The notes below the pieces were generated by a model. It saw only the letters and a list, made by a program, of their open reading frames with translations, did no database searches and had not been told where the DNA came from. A stretch of DNA of 64,000 nucleotides from contig JBGARZ010000014.1 in NCBI GenBank assembly GCA_044229975.1, forward strand, positions 128,001 through 192,000, written 5' to 3'. Made by a program: the position numbers and the translations under genes. Below, piece by piece: positions 1 through 9,712 of this stretch. Numbering within the stretch: the stretch's first letter is position 1; each line of letters starts with the position of its first letter. The stretch is from Polyangiales bacterium. Its GTDB lineage: Bacteria; Myxococcota_A; Polyangia; Polyangiales; Ga0077539.

Positions 1-2
1 TC

Positions 3-104
3 GGCGACATCGCCGTCGGCGCCGACGGGCGCTCGTGCACCTTCACGCGCTGCGGTCGCCCGGGCGCGGTGACGGAGTGCATCCGCACCTCCAGCGAGTG
101 GTAG
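3..104 (+). CDS. 3' end of a CDS entering from the left edge (hypothetical)
   Basis: Open frame with GC3-rich codons, GDIAVGADGRSCTFTRCGRPGAVTECIRTSSEW*, stop TAG at 102-104, convergent with the next gene. Confidence 0.5.
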   Translation, partial: GDIAVGADGRSCTFTRCGRPGAVTECIRTSSEW

Positions 105-108
105 GTCG

Positions 109-1248
109 CTACTCCAGCACCGTGGGCGCGATGATCGGTGCGGCGGTGGGAGCGCCCTCGGCCGTCGCGGCTCCGATGGCGAGGTAGTGGTCGACCGGGC
201 GGTAGGTTGCGCAGCCGTTCGGAGCGTTGGGGTACACCTTGCCCGCGAACTCCACGCGAAAGGCGCCGCTCGCCGCGTCGGTGTAGCCGATCTGGGTCGA
301 GCCGCCGCCGTCGAGGATGTAGAGCGTCTCGCAGCGCGTGTCGCACGCTCCGCCCGGTCGCAACCCGACGGGGAGCGCCGGGTACGAGACCCGCTCGGCG
401 GCCAGCAGCGAGACGGCGCCGTCGCGCGTTCCGCAGAGGAGCGTCACCGGGTGGGGGTCGCAGGTCCATCGCCGCGCGGGCGTGCAGCGGAAGCTCTCGG
501 CGAGCGCGTCACCGGGTGCCGCCGCGTAGGCGTGGTTGAGCTGCATCGCGAGCGTCATCGTCGGATACGCTGCGCGCATCGCCGCCACGAACTCGTCCTG
601 CGACATCGGTCCATCGCGCCGCGCAAACCTCGCGCGCTCCTGCGGTGAGGTCGCCGTCGAGAGGGACACGGTGCATGCACCCGGCTCGCACGCGCCCGTC
701 TCGATGCGAAGCTCGTGCAGACCCTGCGCGTCGACCACCGCCACGCGGTCGCCGCGAAAGTCGGGGTCGACGGTGGGCTGCACCGGCGCCAGCAACGAAG
801 GCCCGCGCGAGTCGAGCGACCAGATCATCCCGTTGGCGCGAAAGCCCTCGCCGAGGCGGTGGAAGAAGTTGCCGTTGGTCGCGCCGAGCGCCCGAAAGCC
901 AGGCACCGCGGGGAGCACCTCGCGCAGGTCCGACCCGCCGTAGCGCTGGCTGCACCGGGCGTCGGTGTGCGCGCTCGCGTTGAGCACCGCCCGCAGTTGG
1001 AGCGACGCGCCCGGACGGAGCTGGAGTTCGCGCAGGTGCAGGATGTCGCCGCCCACGCGGCAGGCGATCTCGCGGTAGCGAAGGTCTGGCGCGAGCGTCA
1101 CCGGCGCGCTCGCCACGAAGGCTGCGCCGTCGAGTCGTGACACCAGTGAACCGCGGCCCGCGTGCGCTCCGGGGCACCCCGTGAGAAGCACCAGCAGCGC
1201 CAGCGGTCGCACACGGCCGAAGCGTGGAGCTGCGCGGGGAGCGAGCAT
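109..1248 (-). CDS. Phosphodiester glycosidase (NAGPA-like) family lipoprotein
   Basis: ATNGNFF and YILDGGGSTQ motifs typical of the family; lipobox-like LLTGC. Confidence 0.7.
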   Translation of the reverse strand: MLAPRAAPRFGRVRPLALLVLLTGCPGAHAGRGSLVSRLDGAAFVASAPVTLAPDLRYREIACRVGGDILHLRELQLRPGASLQLRAVLNASAHTDARCSQRYGGSDLREVLPAVPGFRALGATNGNFFHRLGEGFRANGMIWSLDSRGPSLLAPVQPTVDPDFRGDRVAVVDAQGLHELRIETGACEPGACTVSLSTATSPQERARFARRDGPMSQDEFVAAMRAAYPTMTLAMQLNHAYAAAPGDALAESFRCTPARRWTCDPHPVTLLCGTRDGAVSLLAAERVSYPALPVGLRPGGACDTRCETLYILDGGGSTQIGYTDAASGAFRVEFAGKVYPNAPNGCATYRPVDHYLAIGAATAEGAPTAAPIIAPTVLE

Positions 1249-1343
1249 GGTGAAGGGGCTTCTACCGTGGCGCGGCGTGGGGCGTCACGTCGCCTGATCC
1301 TCGACGCCGCGGGCGACCCTCGGTAGAAAAAATTTCGGGCCGG

Positions 1344-1370
1344 TGTCGTTGGGGCGCCCGGTCGTTCGAC
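1344..1370 (+). promoter_or_regulatory. Putative ECF42-dependent promoter
   Basis: TGTCGT-N17-CGAC, close to the ECF42 consensus (TGTCGA / CGA/TC), preceded by AAAAAATTT, directly upstream of the DGPF gene. Confidence 0.6.
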
Positions 1371-1395
1371 TCCACGGTGAAGGGAGTTCCAGTCG

Positions 1396-2148
1396 ATGCA
1401 ATACGTCCTGATGATTCACGCCGCCGAGTCCCGCTTCTCCACCATGTCCCGGGAGGCCGCCGAGGCCGTCATGCAGGCCTACGGGGCCTACACCCGTGAC
1501 CTCGTCGCCACCGGGCGCGCGGGCGACTGCGCCGCCCTCGAAGGCACCCACACCGCGACCACCGTGCGCGTCCGCGAGGGCAAGCGCGCGGTGAAGGACG
1601 GCCCCTTCGCCGAGACGCGCGAGCAGCTCGGTGGCTACTACACGCTCCGCGCCGAGACCGAGGAGGAGGCCCTCGCCTGGGCCGCGAAGATCCCCGACGC
1701 CAGGGGCGGAACCATCGAGGTGCGCGCCGTCCCGGCGATGCCCGGCGCCGCGCCCGTCAACGCGCCCACGGTCGATGGGAGCACCCACAAGCAGTACGTG
1801 CTGCTGATCTACGAGTCGGCCGAGGCGCGCGCGGCGGTGACCGACGCCGAGCGGCAGGCGGTGTTCGGGCGCTACATCGACCTCAGCCGGGAGCTTCGCG
1901 CCGCGGGGACGTTGATCGCGGGCGAACCGCTGGAGCCCACGACGAAGGCGAAGAGCGTGAGCCTCAGCGGAACCCAGCGCGTGGTGCGCGACGGTCCCTT
2001 CGCGGAGACGCGCGAGCAGCTCGGCGGCTACTACCGCATCTGGGCGAAGGACCTCGACGAGGCCCTCGCCGTCGCCGCGAAGATCCCCGCGTCGGAGACG
2101 GGCACCATCGAGGTTCGCCCCGTGATGGACACCAGCGCGTACATGTGA
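1396..2148 (+). CDS. YciI/DGPF family protein with two tandem domains
   Basis: DGPFAETREQLGGYY...GTIEVR occurs twice. Confidence 0.92.
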   Translation: MQYVLMIHAAESRFSTMSREAAEAVMQAYGAYTRDLVATGRAGDCAALEGTHTATTVRVREGKRAVKDGPFAETREQLGGYYTLRAETEEEALAWAAKIPDARGGTIEVRAVPAMPGAAPVNAPTVDGSTHKQYVLLIYESAEARAAVTDAERQAVFGRYIDLSRELRAAGTLIAGEPLEPTTKAKSVSLSGTQRVVRDGPFAETREQLGGYYRIWAKDLDEALAVAAKIPASETGTIEVRPVMDTSAYM

Positions 2149-2192
2149 CGGCGTGTTGACGCTCCGCGACGCGCGGGCACAACCTGCGCGTC

Positions 2193-3419
2193 GTGGGAGC
2201 CGAAGCGACGCTGGCCGCGGTGGTGCGAGAGGAGCGGGCGCGCATCGTCGCGACGCTCGTTCGTCGGTACGGCTACGACGTGGCGGAGGAGTCCCTCGAC
2301 GCCGCGGTGGAGGCCGCCCTGCGGCAGTGGCCGACGGAGGGAGTTCCGGCATCACCGCGCGCGTGGCTGCTGGGGGTAGCTCGTCGCCGCGCCATCGATC
2401 TCGTGCGCCATCGCGTGATGGCCGCCACCACGCATCAGGACCTCGGCGCGCTCGCCACGGAGGCAGTCGAGGACGAGCACGACCCCTTCCCCGATGATCG
2501 GTTGCGGCTGGTGTTCACGTGCTGCCACCCGGCCATCGCGCGGGAGTCGCAGGTGGCCCTCGCGCTGCGTTGGATCTCCGGGCTGTCGACGGAGGACGTG
2601 GCGCGGGCGTTCTGTGTCCCGACGACGACGATGGCGCAGCGGCTCACGCGTGCGAAGGGGAAGATCAACGCGGCGCGGATTCCCTACGAGGTGCCCGAGC
2701 ACTCGGAGCTGCCCGAGCGCGTGGAGGCGGTGCTGGAGGTCGTGTACGCGATCTTCAACGAGGGCTACGTCGCGACGGCGGGCGAGAGCCTCCAGCGGGT
2801 CGACCTCGCAGAGGAGGCGGTGCGGCTCGCCGAGCTGCTGGTGGTGCTCTTGCCAGAGAGCGCGGATGTGAGAGCGATGTGCGCGCTGGTGACGCTCATC
2901 CACGCGCGGCGTGACGCTCGGTGCGCCGACGACGGGGGATTCGTTCCGTTGGAGGAGCAGGACCGCTCGCGGTGGGATGAGGTGGCGATTGCGCGGGGGC
3001 GCGAGCTGTTGACGGCGGCGCTCGCGAGCGGGGCGCCGAGCACGTACGCCATCGAGGCGGCGATCCAGATGGTGCACGACGAGGCGCCGCGCTTCGCGGA
3101 GACGGACTTCGCGCAGATCGTGGCGCTCTATGGACTCTTGCGGGCGCGCACCGGGGAGCCGGTGGTGGCCCTCAACGAGGCGGTGGCGCGGGCGATGGTG
3201 GACGGCGCGGCCGAGGCGCTCGCGCGGGTGGAGGCGATCGCGGAGGGCGGGACGCTGGACGGGCACCCGGCGCTGCCCGCGGCGAGGGCGGACCTGCTGC
3301 GACGGCTGGGGCGCGATGGCGAGGCGAGGGCGGCGTACGACGCGGCGATCGCGGCGACGCGCAACGAGGTGGAGCGGAGGTTCCTGGCGCGGCGACGGGC
3401 GGGGTTGGGCGGGGGGTGA
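2193..3419 (+). CDS. ECF42-type RNA polymerase sigma factor with C-terminal TPR-like extension
   Basis: DDRLRLVFTCCHPA, MAQRLTRAK, YAIFNEGY, LEEQDRSRWD motifs; follows a DGPF gene. Confidence 0.92.
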   Translation: MGAEATLAAVVREERARIVATLVRRYGYDVAEESLDAAVEAALRQWPTEGVPASPRAWLLGVARRRAIDLVRHRVMAATTHQDLGALATEAVEDEHDPFPDDRLRLVFTCCHPAIARESQVALALRWISGLSTEDVARAFCVPTTTMAQRLTRAKGKINAARIPYEVPEHSELPERVEAVLEVVYAIFNEGYVATAGESLQRVDLAEEAVRLAELLVVLLPESADVRAMCALVTLIHARRDARCADDGGFVPLEEQDRSRWDEVAIARGRELLTAALASGAPSTYAIEAAIQMVHDEAPRFAETDFAQIVALYGLLRARTGEPVVALNEAVARAMVDGAAEALARVEAIAEGGTLDGHPALPAARADLLRRLGRDGEARAAYDAAIAATRNEVERRFLARRRAGLGGG

Positions 3420-3445
3420 AACGGACACGTCTGCCCGACTCGTCC

Positions 3446-3487
3446 TCGCCCGGAGGGGTGCTCTCGCTCACGCCCCTCCGGGTGAGA
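3446..3487. terminator. GC-rich hairpin between convergent genes (terminator or REP-like)
   Basis: CTCGCCCGGAGGGG...CCCCTCCGGGTGAG inverted repeat. Confidence 0.5.
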
Positions 3488-3512
3488 TACGCGTTGGGGG
3501 GAGGTGGCGGAG

Positions 3513-4352
3513 CTACGCCCGCCGCGCCCGCAGCCCGAACATCAGCGGCGGCATCGCGACCCCGTCGGGCGGATACAACCGCCGTCCCTCGCGCTCGACC
3601 AGCGTCGGAATCATCCGGCACCCGTTCGCATACGGGTACTCGTCGAGGCGCTCGACGACGAGCCCGGCGCTCGCGACCGCGGTGACGATGTCCCCGAGCG
3701 TCCACTGGAAGGCGTTGGCGGCGTGCGGGTTCTCGAAGGCCGCTTCGGTCGCGACGAAGCCCGACGGTGCGAGCAGCTCGCCCGAGCGCCCGACGTAGTC
3801 CTCGACGGGGTCGGTGAACACCCGACCCGGCGCGAAGTACGGATCGCGGCTGAAGCGAAACGCACCATCCAGCGACCACACCAGCGGGTGAAACTCCACG
3901 TAGACGAAGCGCCCGCCCGGCGCGAGCACCCGCTGGATGCCGCGCGCCCACGCGTCGAGGTCGCTCAGCCACCCGACCACCCCGTACGAGCAGAACACCA
4001 CGTCGAAGCGCTCCTCCGTCGTGGCCAGCCAGTCGATGACATCCGCGCGAACGAACTCCGCCGCGATGCCGCTGTCGACCGCGAGCTGCGTCGCGAAGGC
4101 GATGGCCTCGTCGGAGATGTCGACCCCGGTGACCTTCGCGCCGCGGGCGGCGAGGGACACCGTGTCCTGCCCGGCGTTGCACTGGAGGTGCGCCACGCGC
4201 AGCCCGGTGAGGTCGCCGAGCAGCGCGAGCTCCTCGGGGAAGAGCGTCGAGCCGCCGCCCCGATGGAAGGCCGCCTGATCGCGCTTGTGGGCGTTGTGCG
4301 CGCGGGTGGCGGCGTTCCAGCTCGCGCGGTTGGCCTCGTGCAGGTCGGTCAT
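3513..4352 (-). CDS. Class I SAM-dependent methyltransferase
   Basis: HLQCNAGQD, GVDISDEAI, FDVVFCSYGVVGWL, LAPGGRF; likely start MTDLHEANR at 4352. Confidence 0.9.
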   Translation of the reverse strand: MTDLHEANRASWNAATRAHNAHKRDQAAFHRGGGSTLFPEELALLGDLTGLRVAHLQCNAGQDTVSLAARGAKVTGVDISDEAIAFATQLAVDSGIAAEFVRADVIDWLATTEERFDVVFCSYGVVGWLSDLDAWARGIQRVLAPGGRFVYVEFHPLVWSLDGAFRFSRDPYFAPGRVFTDPVEDYVGRSGELLAPSGFVATEAAFENPHAANAFQWTLGDIVTAVASAGLVVERLDEYPYANGCRMIPTLVEREGRRLYPPDGVAMPPLMFGLRARRA

Positions 4353-4417
4353 GCGCGCGACGCTATCAGGGAGCGCTCCCTCCGCGGAGGCGCGCGTCGG
4401 GGCTATCGTCGTGCGCG

Positions 4418-5488
4418 ATGCGATCCACCTTCTGGCGATCGACCGCGTTGACGATGCTCCCGCTGCTGCTTGCCTCGTCGGGGTGTCTCTCGTCGAGCTA
4501 TCGCCTCGCACCCGACGAACTCGAACGCCTCGCCCGCACCGCCCCCGACGAGCGCTGGCAGGCGGTGCGCGTCACGCAGGGCATCCTCGACTCCGACCAT
4601 CCGCCCCGCAACGCGGTGCCCATGCAGGTCAACGGACCCGCGTTGGTGATGCCCAACGGATACTGGTTTCGTGGTCGCGCGTGGTCGGTGCCGTCGGGGT
4701 GGCGACGCAACGCTCCGTTGACCGTCTCGGGCGCGTCGAGCGGTTCATCCGGTGGGCGCTCGGGTGGCTCGTCGGGCGGCTCGTCGGGTGGCAGCGGACC
4801 GGGCGCGGCGATCGTGGCCGTGGTCGTCGTCGCGGCGGCCGCATCGGTCTTCGTGCTCGCCGGAACCGAAGGCGCCCGCTACGACGGATGGGTCGGCGTT
4901 CCGCCCGATGAGCTGGTCTATCTCGATCACGATGGAGGCGCCGTCACTGCCGTCCCGCTGCACGCGCTCACGCCCGAGCTCGCCGCCAGCGCCCACGGCG
5001 CGACCGTCTACGAAGGCTCCGAGGAGCGCTACCTGCGACTCGCCCGCGCCCCGCTCGACCGCGTGGGCATGACCCTGCAATCGGGCATGGCGTCGGCGAT
5101 GGTTCCACGGGCGAGCGGATACCCGCCGGGCTTCGGAGGACGGGCATTCCTGGGCGGATACTTCGTGCGGTTCCTGGGCGTGGGCGCCACCGCGGACATC
5201 CTCGCCGACACGCGTGGCGGCATCGTCGCGATGGTCGGCGGAGAGGTTCAGGTGATGCCGCTGCTCTGGGGCGGCGTGTACGCGGGCGCCGGCTGGTCGT
5301 CGCTCTCGTCCGAAGAGCACTTCACCACCATCGGCGGTTGGTACGCCCGCGCGGGTCTCCACCTGGAACTGCCGCTCACCACGCGCCTCGCGGCGAGCCT
5401 GCGCGGTGGCGTCGCGCGCCTCGACTTCGGCACCCTCGCGGGCGCACTCGTGATGCCCGAACTCTCCATCGGGCTCTCCATCTACTGA
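4418..5488 (+). CDS. Hypothetical lipoprotein with probable C-terminal outer-membrane beta-barrel
   Basis: Lipobox-like ASSGC, Gly/Ser linker, amphipathic beta-strand pattern ending LSIGLSIY. Confidence 0.6.
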   Translation: MRSTFWRSTALTMLPLLLASSGCLSSSYRLAPDELERLARTAPDERWQAVRVTQGILDSDHPPRNAVPMQVNGPALVMPNGYWFRGRAWSVPSGWRRNAPLTVSGASSGSSGGRSGGSSGGSSGGSGPGAAIVAVVVVAAAASVFVLAGTEGARYDGWVGVPPDELVYLDHDGGAVTAVPLHALTPELAASAHGATVYEGSEERYLRLARAPLDRVGMTLQSGMASAMVPRASGYPPGFGGRAFLGGYFVRFLGVGATADILADTRGGIVAMVGGEVQVMPLLWGGVYAGAGWSSLSSEEHFTTIGGWYARAGLHLELPLTTRLAASLRGGVARLDFGTLAGALVMPELSIGLSIY

Positions 5489-5536
5489 CCGACGCTTCGT
5501 TGTTGGGTCGGGCGTCACCGTGGGACAACGGCCTCC

Positions 5537-6130
5537 ATGACGGACGCAGCTCGCTCACCCCGCGGATCGCTCGCCACCGGGACGATCATCTTCTCCATCG
5601 GCGCCCTGACGAGCCTGTGCGGGGACGCCTGTCACATCGCCTCGGGAACCACCCGCTACCTTGGCGACAACGTCCCGACGGTGTGGCGGAGCGCGGCGTG
5701 GTTTCCCTGCGTGGTGGGTCTCTCCATCGTCGGCGCCGCGCTCTCCGGGCGTCGCTCCGCGCTCCCGCGGCGGCCCCGTTCGATCGCCGACCTCGCGCTC
5801 GCCATCGGGGCGGTGCTGGCGTTCTACGCGCTCACGGCCACGCTGCGCGGTCAGCCGACGGTCGTCGCCGTGACGCTGTGCGCGGGCATCGCCGCGGCGA
5901 TCTGGGCCTGGTGGGACCCATCCCCCGAAGCTCTCGGCGTGGCCGCGGGCGCGGCGGTGCTGGGGCCGCTCGGCGAGATCGGGCTCATCCACGCCGGCCT
6001 GGTGAGCTACGCGCCGGGCTCCGACGGCCTCTGGGGCGTGGCGCCGTGGCTGCCGTGTCTCTACTTCGCCGCGGGCGCGGTGGCGTCCGGCCTGTGGAGC
6101 GTGGTGGACGCGCGACCGGACGATCGCTGA
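5537..6130 (+). CDS. Bacterial Insig homolog (MvINS-like, about 6 TM lipid-binding protein)
   Basis: GDxxHxxSGTTxY...VPxVWxSxxWFP and GPxxEIxLxxxGxxxYxPxSDGLxGVAPxLxxLYFA match my recollection of mycobacterial Insig homologs. Confidence 0.7.
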   Translation: MTDAARSPRGSLATGTIIFSIGALTSLCGDACHIASGTTRYLGDNVPTVWRSAAWFPCVVGLSIVGAALSGRRSALPRRPRSIADLALAIGAVLAFYALTATLRGQPTVVAVTLCAGIAAAIWAWWDPSPEALGVAAGAAVLGPLGEIGLIHAGLVSYAPGSDGLWGVAPWLPCLYFAAGAVASGLWSVVDARPDDR

Positions 6131-6199
6131 ACCGTCGTCAGGTACAACCTTCTCAAAGTCACCGCGGCGGCCGGGCACGGCGAGCTCGGGGATCGGCCG

Positions 6200-6847
6200 T
6201 CACGTCCCAGTGCGCGCCCGCCAGTCGATGAAGATGCGATCGGGCCGCGCGCGGTCGATGTAGCCCACCAGCTTCGCGCCCGGCGCCAGCTTCACGTACG
6301 CCCGACCCGCGAGGTATTCGCGCACGGTCACGGTGTACGGGGCGCCCTCCGCCGGGGCGACGTCGAGGTCGATCGCCACCCGCTGGAAGTTCACGCTCGA
6401 CCCGTTGGATTGCAGCCGAAACCCGCCCGGCGCCTGGCGGTAGTCGCGGATCGTCAGCCGCGCCGCGATGCCCGTCTTCGCCAGCTCTCTTGGGGGCAGC
6501 CTCAGCGCGAGGGCGTTGCGGGTGAGCAGGGCGCCGAAGAGGCCCATGACCAGCGCCATGACCCCGAAGCCCGCCGCCGTGCCCAGGGCATCCGACGACC
6601 CCGAGCGGCTCAGCAGGGTGCTGATCGCTCCCACGAGCGCTGCCAGCGAGACGACGCTGAGCACCACCGCCCCGACGGCGGCCATCACCAGGGCGGTGCG
6701 CTGGCTGTCGTCGTGCGCCCGCTCGGCGATGTCCTCAGCGAAGTCCGCCAGCTCCTGACCGCTCGCGCCGCGGGCGATCAGCTGTTGCATCTTCTTCTGC
6801 ATCTCGATGGCATCCATAGGTGGGCCGACGATAACGGCCCCTGCCAT
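6200..6847 (-). CDS. Hypothetical membrane protein (2 TM plus OB-fold-like C-terminus)
   Basis: Two hydrophobic segments, then LDVAPAEGAPYTVTV...YIDRARPDRIFIDW. Confidence 0.6.
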   Translation of the reverse strand: MAGAVIVGPPMDAIEMQKKMQQLIARGASGQELADFAEDIAERAHDDSQRTALVMAAVGAVVLSVVSLAALVGAISTLLSRSGSSDALGTAAGFGVMALVMGLFGALLTRNALALRLPPRELAKTGIAARLTIRDYRQAPGGFRLQSNGSSVNFQRVAIDLDVAPAEGAPYTVTVREYLAGRAYVKLAPGAKLVGYIDRARPDRIFIDWRARTGT

Positions 6848-6854
6848 CGTTCGA

Positions 6855-8291
6855 CTACCTCGGATAGACGAAGGTGCAGCGGGTGAGGGGGATGCCCACG
6901 TCCATCAGCACATAGAGATAGTACGTCGACCCAACCATCAGCGGCTGCGGCGCGCCCTCCGCCGGGAAACGCTGCGTCGCGCCCGTCGGCGTTCGGCCGT
7001 AGGTCACGCCGCTCGCCACCGGGGTGCCCGTCGGCGCGACGTCCAAACGCCAGCGCGTGCCGGTGGGCAGGTCGAGGTTGGGCGGAACACCGGGGTTGGC
7101 CGACCCCGCGTCGAGCACATAGACGTAGCGGGCGGCGGGGCCTGTCCAGCGGATGGTTCCGTCGGCGGCGATGCCGTCGGTGCCGGTGCAGGCCGTGGGG
7201 CGGTAGACGAGCTGATCGTGGATGGGACCGCCGAAGGGCGGGGTCGTCGCGAAGGACTCGCGGGTGCGTCCGCGGTGGGCGAGCTCCTGCTGGAAGAACC
7301 TCGCCATGCGCGCCCCATCGGTGCTCGGGACGCCCGACGTGCTGCGCTCGAAGCCGTTGTTCTGCGCGGGCGGATAGGCGCCGAACACCGTCGAGTCGAC
7401 CCAGCCCGCCCCAAGCGCGAGGCCGTTGTCACCGAAGGAGTCCATCCAGTTGCCCGGCGCCTCGATGAACCAGTTGGCCGGCCCATCGGGCGCGAGCTCG
7501 CGGGAGTGGCAGCACACGCACGCGCTGGACTGCACCTGGCTCCGCACCCACGCGAGCTCGGCGACGTACGTGGGGTCGCTCAGCCGCGTGTCGGGCGTCG
7601 TGCGCGCGGGCGCCGGGTCGACCGGGTAGTAGGGACGCTGCGTTCGCACCCGGTCGCACGAGCCGTAGTCCTGAAAGCGTCGACCCTCCTCGGTCGCGCC
7701 TGAAATCGCCGACCACGTGCACACCTCACCGCCCGCCGATGTGCCCGGTCGCTCGCCCGCCAACGGCGCGCGGCACTCCCGCACCGGCTGCAAGAACACC
7801 CTCTCGTCGCTGGTGGTGCTCCCATCCGCGGGAGCTCCCGCGTCGGTGACGCCACCATCTCCGAGCGCGCCGACGCAGACGCCCGCTGGCGTAAACGCCC
7901 CGCGCGCAAACACGGTGCAGCCCGCGCGGGTGGCCGAGCAGGCGCTGGCGTTGGTGCCCGGAAACACGAGCCGCGTGGTGTTGGCCGCGCTGCCGTTGAC
8001 GACGCAGCTCCCGAGCGTGTCGGGGTAGGCGCACGCGACGCCCGGGCGGAAGGTTCCGCGGGCGGCCGTGCAGTCGTCGGAGCGTTGGGTCATCGAGCGC
8101 GACGGGTCGAGGTACTCGCGGCACTCCTCGGTGCGCGAAAACTGGTTGGTGTAGACGCAGCTCGCCGCGACCACGACGGGCGCGTCGGTCGCCGCGTCCA
8201 TGGGGGCAACGGGCGCGGGGGTGGACCCACAACCAGCGGCTGTGAGCGCGAGGACGGAGAAGAGTCGGGACCGTGAATGGGCAGGGGCCAT
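6855..8291 (-). CDS. Cys-rich lipoprotein with a CxxCH motif
   Basis: Lipobox AAGC, DAG linkers, SSACVCCHS; start MAPAHSRS at 8291. Confidence 0.7.
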   Translation of the reverse strand: MAPAHSRSRLFSVLALTAAGCGSTPAPVAPMDAATDAPVVVAASCVYTNQFSRTEECREYLDPSRSMTQRSDDCTAARGTFRPGVACAYPDTLGSCVVNGSAANTTRLVFPGTNASACSATRAGCTVFARGAFTPAGVCVGALGDGGVTDAGAPADGSTTSDERVFLQPVRECRAPLAGERPGTSAGGEVCTWSAISGATEEGRRFQDYGSCDRVRTQRPYYPVDPAPARTTPDTRLSDPTYVAELAWVRSQVQSSACVCCHSRELAPDGPANWFIEAPGNWMDSFGDNGLALGAGWVDSTVFGAYPPAQNNGFERSTSGVPSTDGARMARFFQQELAHRGRTRESFATTPPFGGPIHDQLVYRPTACTGTDGIAADGTIRWTGPAARYVYVLDAGSANPGVPPNLDLPTGTRWRLDVAPTGTPVASGVTYGRTPTGATQRFPAEGAPQPLMVGSTYYLYVLMDVGIPLTRCTFVYPR

Positions 8292-8433
8292 GACCCTGAG
8301 ATGACCGCACGGGCGCAACGGTCTCGACCCATGGTCGAGGCGCTGCCGTTCTCGGGTACCTGCGGCGATGTCTCCGCGTCGGGTGACTCGACGCGGGCCC
8401 CGGCGCCGCCGGAGCATCGTAGAGTCGCGACCC

Positions 8434-9681
8434 ATGGCACAGGTGCGTGAGTTCGCCGATCAGCTCTGGCGCGGGGATGCTTCCACCGCAGACACCAACC
8501 CCGTCACGGCGCTGCTCGGCATGGAGGAGTACCGACCGGGCCTCGCCTTCGTCTCCAGCTTCGCCAACGTGACCGCTGTCCGGACAGGCGCCGGACTCGT
8601 GCTCATCGACACGGGCAGCTTCCTCACGGGGCCGGGTATCCGCGATCAGCTCCGCGAGTGGAGCGGCGAACCCGTCCACACCGCGATCTACACCCACGGT
8701 CACATCGACCACGCGACGGGCATCGGCGCCTTCGAGTCCGAAGAGCGCCCCGCCGGAACACCCGCTCTCCGCGTCGTCGGTCACCGCGCCGTGCTCGCGC
8801 GCTTCGAGCGCTACCGCCTGACCGCTGGCTACAACGCCGGCATCAACGCGCGGCAGTTTCGCATCCCGGGCATCCAGTGGCCCACCGAGTACCGCGCGCC
8901 CGATGAGCTCTACGACGACCGGCTCTCGCTCGACGTGGGCGGCGTCGCCTTTGAGCTGCACCACGCCCGCGGCGAGACCGACGACCACACCTGGCTCCAC
9001 ATCCCCGAGCACCGCGCCGTGTGCACCGGCGATCTCTTCATCTGGGCGTCGCCCAACTGCGGCAATCCCCAGAAGGTGCAGCGCTATCCGCGGGAGTGGT
9101 TCGTCGCGCTCGGACGCATGGCCGCGCTCGACGCCGAGCTGCTGCTCCCCGGCCACGGCCCGCCCATCGAGGGCGCCGATCGCGTGCGCGAGGCGCTCAC
9201 CGAGACCGCCGAGCTACTGCGCTACCTGCACGACGAGACCGTTCGCCTCATGAACGATGGCGCCTCGCTCGACGCCATCCTCGCGGCGGTGCGCGCGCCC
9301 GAGCGGCTCCTCCAGCGACCGTGGTTGCGGCCGGTGTACGACGAGCCGGAGTTCATCGTTCGCAACCTTTGGCGGCTGTACGGCGGCTGGTGGGACGGCG
9401 ACGCCTCGCGGCTCAAGCCCGCTCGCGACGCGGCTCTGGCCGCTGAAGTGAGCGCCCTCGCGGGTGGCACCGCGCGGCTCATCGAGCGGGCGCAGGCGCT
9501 GTCGACGGAGGGCGAGCACGCGTTGGCGTGTCACCTCGCGGAGTGGGCGATGCGGGCGGCGCCCGACGACGAGGGCGTGCGCGACGCGCGGCGGGACATC
9601 TACCTGAAGCGAGCGGCCCAGGAGACGAGCCTCATGGCGAAGGGAGTGTTCTTCGACGCGTCGCAGTCAGGGCCGCGGTGA
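8434..9681 (+). CDS. Alkyl sulfatase-like metallo-beta-lactamase fold hydrolase
   Basis: YTHGHIDH, GETDDH, TGDLF, LLPGHG motifs and a C-terminal dimerisation region. Confidence 0.9.
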   Translation: MAQVREFADQLWRGDASTADTNPVTALLGMEEYRPGLAFVSSFANVTAVRTGAGLVLIDTGSFLTGPGIRDQLREWSGEPVHTAIYTHGHIDHATGIGAFESEERPAGTPALRVVGHRAVLARFERYRLTAGYNAGINARQFRIPGIQWPTEYRAPDELYDDRLSLDVGGVAFELHHARGETDDHTWLHIPEHRAVCTGDLFIWASPNCGNPQKVQRYPREWFVALGRMAALDAELLLPGHGPPIEGADRVREALTETAELLRYLHDETVRLMNDGASLDAILAAVRAPERLLQRPWLRPVYDEPEFIVRNLWRLYGGWWDGDASRLKPARDAALAAEVSALAGGTARLIERAQALSTEGEHALACHLAEWAMRAAPDDEGVRDARRDIYLKRAAQETSLMAKGVFFDASQSGPR

Positions 9682-9712
9682 TGGCGCGCGGTCGTCGATG
9701 CGCGGAGGCGCC

